From: Octopus sinensis
Lineage: Eukaryota
Reading direction: 5' to 3'
NCBI RefSeq assembly: GCF_006345805.1
Contig: NW_021830251.1
Span: 1 to 5,016 of the forward strand
DNA: 5,016 bases
Part shown: positions 1 through 5,016 of the stretch, piece by piece
How the letters are laid out: every line of letters begins with the position of its first letter
How positions within the stretch are numbered: position 1 is the stretch's first letter
Position numbers and translations under genes: made by a program
Notes under the pieces: generated by a model
Told to the model about the DNA's origin: nothing
Databases searched by the model: none
The model's input: only the letters and a program-made list of their open reading frames with translations

Positions 1-1
<1 letters not shown>

Positions 2-33
<32 letters not shown>
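2..33. repeat. (TA)n microsatellite abutting the 3' end of the RTE LINE
   Basis: Pure AT alternation from 2 to 33; may extend beyond the window. Confidence 0.97.
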
Positions 34-40
<7 letters not shown>

Positions 41-59
41 ATCCCTCAAGGTCGAGGAT
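41..59 (-). other. Stem-loop in the RTE 3' UTR (putative RT recognition element)
   Basis: Minus strand ATCCTCG-ACCT-TGAGGGAT folds with 7 pairs (one G-U, one bulged G) just before the element end. Function is inferred from 3' stem-loops in other LINEs. Confidence 0.5.
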
Positions 60-77
60 GATGGTCTTCGCGCAAAT

Positions 78-1457
78 TTACTGGTGAGTCCGTAGGTGAC
101 CGATAAGACCAATTCTTGCTTGAAAAGATCGGTCGCAGTGCGGACATCTAGTGCCGGAAGGGAGAGTCGCACGTGGTTGTTATTGGCGCTCCTACGGTCG
201 TCGTCTTTTCTCCTCCAGCTCTGCAGACCTTTTCGACTCGAAAGTCGCCGTTCCCTCATGGATGGTGGTTTTCCAGAGTGGTCTGTTTTTTGCCGCTTCC
301 TCCCAGTTAGTGAAGTCGATGTCACACTTTTTGAGGTTCGTTTTCAGGGAGTCCTTGTAGCGTTTCTTCTGGCCTCCTTTTGTACGATTGTCGTCTTTGA
401 GTTGGGAGTAGAAGATCTGTTTGGGAAGTCGTTCGTCAGTCATTCTAACCACGTGGCCGCTTCATCTTAGTTGACCTTTGATGACATAGGCTTCGATGCT
501 GGTCATTTTTGCTTCTTGTAGCACGCTGACGTTTGTTCTTCTGTCTTCCCAGCTGATGTTAAGGATCTTCCGAAGACAGCGTTGATGACATTTCTCGAGC
601 GTTTTCAGGTGGTGACTATACGGGGTCCAGGTTTCGGATGCGTGAAGGAGGGTTGGAATAATGACTGCCCTGTACACCATGAGTTTGGTTTCGGTTCGGA
701 TGTCCCGATCAGCAAAAACTCTTGTTCGAAGCTTGCCGAAAGCTGTTCCTGCACACTTCAGACGGTGTTGGATTTCATCGCTGAGGTCTACCTTTGCTGA
801 CAGATGACTCCCACTGTAGCAGAAATGGTTCACATTTTCCAGTGGAATTCCTTCGAGTTGAATCGATGGCGGGTTGTCAACACGAGCATTGGGAGGAGGT
901 TGGTAGAGTAAGTGAGTCTTCTTGATGTTGATGCTCAGTCCAAGTTTAGTATATGCATGATGAAAAGCATTTAGGATCTGTTGGAGGTGATCCTCTCTGT
1001 AAGCTGCTACACTGTTGTCGTCGGCATATTGGAACGCTAGCAAGCTTCGCTCCATTGTCTTTGACGTACTTTTGAGGCGAGCGAGGTTGAAAAGCTTGCC
1101 GTCCATTCTGTATGAGATCTCGATGCCAGGTGGAAGGTCATCTCGTATGATGTGCAACACTGTCGCGATAAAGATGGTAAAGAGAGTTGGCGCTATCACG
1201 CAGCCTTGCTTCACTCCGGAGGTGACTTTAAAGGGCTCAGCACTGCCTCCGTCGGTCTGGACTCTGGCGTGCATATTGTCGTGGAGGAGTTTGAGGATCC
1301 GGATGAACTTATCTGGGCACCCATACTGGGCGAGAATATCCCAGAGGAGCTCTCGTGAGACACGATCAAAGGCTTTGGATAGGTCGATAAAGGCCAAATA
1401 GAGCGGTTGGTGTTGCTCACGACATTTTTCTTGTAGCTGTCGCAGCATGAAGATCAT
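78..1457 (-). pseudogene. Reverse transcriptase ORF of the RTE LINE; three in-frame premature stops, no frameshift
   Basis: Track ORFs 462..1457 and 192..452 are in the same frame, separated by TGA at 462-464 where QLRW(A/S)GH is expected. Manual translation past TAG (192-194) and TAA (180-182) gives QPRATLPSGTRCPHCDRSFQARIGLIGHLRTHQ, with the natural stop TAA at 78-80. Confidence 0.93.
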
Positions 1458-1475
1458 GTCGACACAACCGACATG

Positions 1476-1490
1476 ATATATATATATATA
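1476..1490. repeat. (TA)n at the 5' junction of the RTE LINE (possible target-site duplication)
   Basis: ATATATATATATATA directly adjacent to the element, mirroring the TA run at 2-33. Confidence 0.85.
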
Positions 1491-1659
1491 GGTACATGTA
1501 TATCAAACTTTTCTTGTGCACAAATTATAAGTATTTCATCATTCCACACGCATACACACAAAGACACATATTCTCGGGCACATACACGCACACAAATACC
1601 AGGCACACAATCACTTGTTTCACATATCTATATATTAATATTGAATTCAAGAATGATTA

Positions 1660-1697
1660 TGTGTGTGTGTGTATATATATATATATGCATTTGTGTG

Positions 1698-1742
<45 letters not shown>
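1660..1742. repeat. Compound (TG)n/(TA)n microsatellite
   Basis: Short TG run, TA run, then a long near-perfect TG run at 1692-1742. Confidence 0.95.
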
Positions 1743-1753
1743 ATGTTTACACA

Positions 1754-1970
1754 CACGAGACGGGGACGTTGGAAAGTTCCTGGGTTTGGGTAAAAATACA
1801 GGAGGATAAGTTAATTATAATTTTATTCAACATATAGATTCACACACCTATTGCAGAGGTCTTTCAGATTTTCCAAGCCCCTGTAAGAGATCTCGGAATG
1901 TTGTACCTCGAACCAGGCCTTTCACAATTCCCTTAAAGCTTAGAACTTTTAGCCCCCCCCCCCCCAGGTA
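1754..1970 (-). mobile_element. Mariner-derived MITE / internally deleted mariner with degenerate TIRs
   Basis: TIR cores AAAGTTCCTGGGTTT (1773-1787) and AAAGCTTAGAACTTT (1935-1949) match at 11/15 as inverted repeats, each with an outer G/C tract. The right end finishes in TA (1969-1970). Minus strand 1823-1885 reads YRGLENLKDLCNRCVNLYVE*, resembling the mariner transposase C-terminus (FY..G...L..RW.KC....G.YVE*). Confidence 0.75.
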
Positions 1971-2090
1971 TACAACATTCATTTGTATGTCCTTATATGT
2001 ATGACGAGTTGCTACTCAGATTGATAGATTACTGGCTGTTTAAATTGCAGTTCTGATATAGCTTCCAATGTGGCCCAGTTGTAACCCGGC

Positions 2091-2124
2091 TTTCACTTCA
2101 TTGGTGTCCATCAATGAAGTGAAA
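2091..2124. other. Perfect 13-bp inverted repeat with 8-nt loop
   Basis: TTTCACTTCATTG (2091-2103) / CAATGAAGTGAAA (2112-2124), loop GTGTCCAT. Confidence 0.95.
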
Positions 2125-2292
2125 TTACTGTGTTGGTTAGATTCATTTGGGGAAATCAGCTGTTCGCAAAACATTCTTGACTTTGTCTTGATGCGAAAAC
2201 ACACAAGAACCCCACTCCCAGCCACCCACCTACGTCACTACAACTCACGCATACACAAACATGCGTGCACCGCCACTATGTGCGTGCCTCTC

Positions 2293-2385
2293 TGTGTGTA
2301 TGTATGTGTGTGTCTGTGTGTGTTTGTGTGTCTGCGTGTGTGTGTGTGTTTGTGTGTGTGTATGTGTTTGTGTGTGTGTGTGTGT
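2293..2385. repeat. Imperfect (TG)n microsatellite
   Basis: TG alternation with scattered TA/TC/TT interruptions. Confidence 0.95.
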
Positions 2386-2480
2386 CTGATATAAAGATAT
2401 AGACAGAACAATATTGTGTCTGAAAACGCCTTGTGTGGTCTGGGGTAGAATTTTACTAAATATTTGAAATTATCTTGATT

Positions 2481-2753
2481 ATATATATATATATATATGT
2501 ATAAATATAACACATACACACATCCTTACGTATGCACACATATATATATATATTTGTGTGTGTATGCATCTATATGGTTACATACATGTATACATATATA
2601 TATATGTATCTAACTCTCTCTCTCTCTGTATATATATATATATATATATACACATATATATCTATATATACATACACATTTACGCACATGTATATATGTG
2701 TACACATATATACTGACACACATAATGATATACGTACATACATATATATGTAT
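2481..2753. repeat. Compound (TA)n/(CA)n/(TC)n low-complexity tract
   Basis: Several TA runs, TACA units and a TC run near 2594-2607. Confidence 0.92.
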
Positions 2754-2754
2754 G

Positions 2755-3036
2755 TTTTTCTTTTTTATTCTTTTACTTGTTTCAGTCATTTGACTGCGGC
2801 CATACTGGAGCACCGCCTTTAGTCGAGCAAATCGACCCCAGGACTTATTCTTTGTAAGCCTAGTTCCTATTCTATCTATCGGAGGAACAAGCACACACAC
2901 ACACACACATACATATTATACGACGGGCTTCTTTCAGTTTCCGTCTACAAAATCCACTCACAATCTTTGGTCGGCCCAAGGTGCCACGCAGTGGGACTGA
3001 ACCCGGAACCATGTGGTAGGTAAGCAAGCTACTTAC
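2755..3036 (-). mobile_element. tRNA-derived SINE, family 1 (Octopus-type), 5' head truncated, with internal deletions
   Basis: Minus strand has a B-box-like GGGTTCAGTCCC (2993-3004), the body GTAGACGGAAACTGAAAGAAGCCCGTCGTAT, an internal TG microsatellite and a tail ending AAGTAAAAGAATAAAAAAG. No A-box: sequence upstream of GTAAGTAGC is transposase. Family recognised from memory of Octopus SINEs; exact family name not assigned. Confidence 0.85.
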
Positions 3037-3190
3037 TTTCGGCCTCGCACGCCCGTGCTCTTTCCAAAACTTACACCATAACACCCGCAAGAGTTTCAGA
3101 CCGCACTTCTCTGATTTCTCTATTGATGTTCTCCTTCAGTTGCACTAGGCTCTCCGGTTTGTTGACGCAAACACTCTCTTTCAGGTATCC
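3037..3190 (-). pseudogene. Tc1/mariner transposase C-terminal fragment (inverted half)
   Basis: Minus-strand translation GYLKESVCVNKPESLVQLKENINREIREVRSETLAGVMV*VLERARACEAE, the typical continuation after WGYLK in DD37D/DD41D-type transposases. Stop at 3071-3073. Confidence 0.85.
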
Positions 3191-3408
3191 TTGATTGAGA
3201 CCGTTTTATACCCGGCCATTCAAAGTAGACCCCACACATGGTACTTGCAAGATGGAGCAACTGCTCATACCGCAAGAGAAACAATGCAGTTGCTATAGCG
3301 GTACTTTGGAGAGAGAATAATCTCCCGCTACGGCAATGTCAGCTGGCCTTCACGTTCCCCAGACTTGACTAGCCCGGATTTTTCCTTGTGGGGATACCTG
3401 AAAGAGAG
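3191..3408 (+). pseudogene. Tc1/mariner DD41D (rosa/Visitor-type) transposase catalytic-core fragment
   Basis: Plus-strand translation LIETVLYPAIQSRPHTWYLQDGATAHTARETMQLL*RYFGERIISRYGNVSWPSRSPDLTSPDFSLWGYLKER. The second catalytic D (3251-3253) and third D (3377-3379) are separated by exactly 41 codons. Stop at 3296-3298. Confidence 0.9.
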
Positions 3409-3519
3409 AATAAGTGCTAGGCTTACAACGAATAAGTCCTGGGGTCGATTTGCTCGACTAAAGGCGGTGCTCCAGTATGGCCGCATTCAAATGACTGAAA
3501 CAAGTAAAAGAATAAAAAA
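3407..3519 (+). mobile_element. 3' fragment of SINE family 1, inverted relative to 2761-2873
   Basis: 108/113 identity to the reverse complement of 2761-2873 (manual alignment). The ORF track shows the same peptide NKSWGRFARLKAVLQYGR in 2610..2906 (-) and 3365..3586 (+). Confidence 0.93.
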
Positions 3520-3628
3520 AATAAATCAAGTGCCGGTGAAACATTGGGAGCGCTATAATCGATTAGTTCCCTCCCATAAATTTTAAGGCTTTGTCCTCTT
3601 AGTAGAAAGGATTATTATTATTACTATT
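3520..3628 (+). mobile_element. Degenerate 3' half of SINE family 2 with (ATT)n tail
   Basis: GGCTTTGTCCTCTTAGTAGAAAGGATTATTATTATT parallels GGCCTTGTGCCTATGGTGGAATAGATTATTATTATT in the copy at 4667-4877; TAATCGA is also shared. Confidence 0.65.
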
Positions 3629-3708
3629 GATCCGTAAACTGCTGTTATTGGTGTGTCCTATTGAGGACAGTGGAATGAAAATGAGGGAGATTCTTGTTGT
3701 TGTTTCAG

Positions 3709-3723
3709 CACAAAATATTGAAG
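3709..3723 (+). other. Candidate 15-nt microexon
   Basis: TTCTTGTTGTTGTTTCAG acceptor, CACAAAATATTGAAG, then GTAACG donor. Length is a multiple of 3. No transcript evidence. Confidence 0.2.
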
Positions 3724-4397
3724 GTAACGCACAATGACATTAACTCTTTCATATTATCTCCATCAGAGTATTTTAACAATGTTTTGGTTTGGACATTTAA
3801 AGGCTAGATACGTGTTTCGCTGTCAAACTGGTATGAGAGGTAGGGTGTAGAGGAACTTAAGGATTTGGAGCTTACAACTGTGTGTACATGAATGTGTGAA
3901 TGAATGCATTTTTATGCTGTGCGTTCACGTATGCATATGGGTGTTTCTGAAGAAGCCGCTGCACGACGTGGAAATTCTAGAGTGATAGGCCACTGGATCG
4001 GATTGAATATACTACTTCACTCTACGTTCGTACTGAGTACTTCTTCCCAGGAATGCTTACAGACACAAGCATGCACTCATACGTACACTCACACGCTCAC
4101 GCACATGCACGAAACACCTTTGGTTTGCTTAATAAGCTCTAAATTGGGTCTAAAGTTCTACACCACCCCTACATACGCGCGTCCACACATACACAAACGT
4201 GTGATAGTAGAAAATTTGCAGTTGAATATAAGTTTTAAACAAATGGTATCTCGAGAGCCATAAAAAAATTGCCATCAGTGTTAATGAGAGTTACACCCAG
4301 AAAGATGAAGGGAGAAAACTCCTGAGGTTTTAGTCGACTGGTGATATAAGGTGGACTGGTAGAGGAGGCTTTATGAGACTCTTGTCTGATAACTATA

Positions 4398-4450
4398 ATA
4401 AAATAAGTACCACTGGAGAACTGGGGTCGATATAAACGACTTAATCCTTC
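4398..4450 (+). mobile_element. Internal/3' fragment of SINE family 2
   Basis: ATAAAATAAGTACCACTGGAGAACTGGGGTCGATATAAACGAC aligns with TAAGTACCATTTGAGCACCAGGATTGATGTAATCGAC (4782-4818). Confidence 0.7.
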
Positions 4451-4456
4451 TTCTAT

Positions 4457-4666
<210 letters not shown>

Positions 4667-4668
<2 letters not shown>

Positions 4669-4877
4669 ACGTTGAGCTGACAGAATCATTAGCATGCCGG
4701 ACAAAATACTTAACAGTATTTCGTCCGTGTTTACGTTCAGCGTTGAAATTCCGCCATGGTCGGCTTTGTGGGTTGATGAATTAAGTACCATTTGAGCACC
4801 AGGATTGATGTAATCGACCAGTCCCCTCTCAGAAACGTTCAGGCCTTGTGCCTATGGTGGAATAGATTATTATTATT
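4667..4877 (+). mobile_element. Near-full-length tRNA-derived SINE, family 2, with (ATT)4 tail
   Basis: Head GAGCTGACAGAATC (A-box-like), B-box-like GTTGAAATTCC (4742-4752), body TAAGTACCA...TAATCGAC, tail ATT x4 (4866-4877). The head aligns with the copy starting at 4884. Confidence 0.8.
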
Positions 4878-4883
4878 TCTATT

Positions 4884-5016
4884 GGGGCGGCGAACTGGCA
4901 GAATAATTATCGCACCCGACTTATTCTTAGCAGCATTTCTCACGCTTCTTTACGTTCTGAATTCAAATGCCGCCAATAACGACTTTGCATTTCATCGTTT
5001 TGAGATCGATGAAATC
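4884..5016 (+). mobile_element. 5' part of another SINE family 2 copy, running off the window
   Basis: Shares CTG.CAGAAT, CTTA.CAG.ATTTC, TTTACGTTC, AAAT.CCGCCA and CG.CTTTG, in order, with the copy at 4667-4877. TGGCAGAAT at 4896-4904 and ATTCAAATGCC at 4961-4971. Confidence 0.8.

Larger units (their letters stand above)
34..1477 (-). mobile_element. 5'-truncated RTE-clade non-LTR retrotransposon (LINE)
   Basis: Minus-strand RT with motifs FIDLSKAFD, GVKQGCVIAPTLF, QYADD, GLSINIKKT and the RTE-type insert YRMDGKLFNLARL. It is followed by RTE-type C-terminal sequence (QLR*SGHVVRM, GGQKKRYKD) and a 44-nt 3' UTR (34-77). No endonuclease domain; the copy starts within the RT N-terminal region (DMIF). 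Confidence 0.95.

Noticed and set aside
96-1420. ORFs 96..470, 151..360, 582..800, 1015..1401, 1152..1358 (+) and 1211..1420 (-)
   Set aside because: Antisense or off-frame shadows of the RT coding sequence; no recognisable motifs.
1632-1650. Adjacent 10-bp palindromes ATATTAATAT and TTGAATTCAA
   Set aside because: Short and AT-rich; expected by chance.
2078-2140. The 13-bp hairpin as a Helitron 3' end or pre-miRNA
   Set aside because: A CTGG lies about 12 nt downstream on the minus strand but is not followed by T, and the stem is AT-rich. Pairing does not extend to pre-miRNA length.
1473-2906. ORFs rich in CV/YI/HT dipeptides (1473..1793, 1496..1837, 2068..2394, 2238..2519, 2532..2822, 2610..2906)
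   Set aside because: Translations of TG/TA/CA microsatellites, which lack stops in some frames, plus SINE or MITE sequence.
2872-3090. 72-aa minus-strand ORF containing HMVPGSVPLRGTLG
   Set aside because: Off-frame transposase sequence followed by a translation of the SINE head and body.
3365-3586. Chimeric ORF joining transposase (TSPDFSLWGYLKER) to SINE-derived residues
   Set aside because: TTG start inside a pseudogene, downstream of a stop; a by-product of the rearrangement junction with no sign of expression.
3947-3974. Hammerhead-ribozyme-like CTGAAGA...GAAA (Penelope-type)
   Set aside because: The intervening sequence does not form stem II (no closing pair next to the core), and I found no stems I or III.
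3904-4263. 119-aa plus-strand ORF
   Set aside because: No motif, includes CA-rich low complexity, and its length is within chance expectation.
4667-4760. tRNA genes at the SINE heads (also 2990-3036 and 4884-4975)
   Set aside because: Only degenerate A/B boxes, no cloverleaf, and each continues into SINE body sequence.

Overview
Repeat-dense, non-coding eukaryotic genomic DNA with no intact gene. The SINE families, the MITE and the TA/TG/ATT microsatellite style point to a coleoid cephalopod, most likely Octopus (inferred from recalled repeat sequences, not from a search). Left to right: (1) a 5'-truncated RTE-clade LINE on the minus strand (34-1477), flanked by (TA)n. Its RT ORF continues in frame through three stops to a C-terminal C2H2 zinc finger, and a 9-bp fold-back sits at its 5' junction. 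(2) A ~215-bp mariner-derived MITE. (3) An isolated perfect 13-bp hairpin. (4) Compound microsatellites. (5) A rearranged cassette (2755-3519) in which a DD41D Tc1/mariner transposase fragment is split into two oppositely oriented halves sharing a 17-bp duplicated breakpoint, fused to a head-truncated SINE and bracketed by 113-bp inverted SINE tails. (6) A candidate 15-nt microexon. (7) A same-strand cluster of a second SINE family with ATT tails, including a 210-bp (ATT)/(GTT) tract. The cassette in (5) is the most unusual item: its geometry resembles a 5'-transduced, 5'-inverted (twin-priming-like) retrocopy, but a local replication-based inverted duplication is not excluded. I see no evidence for a new functional gene system.
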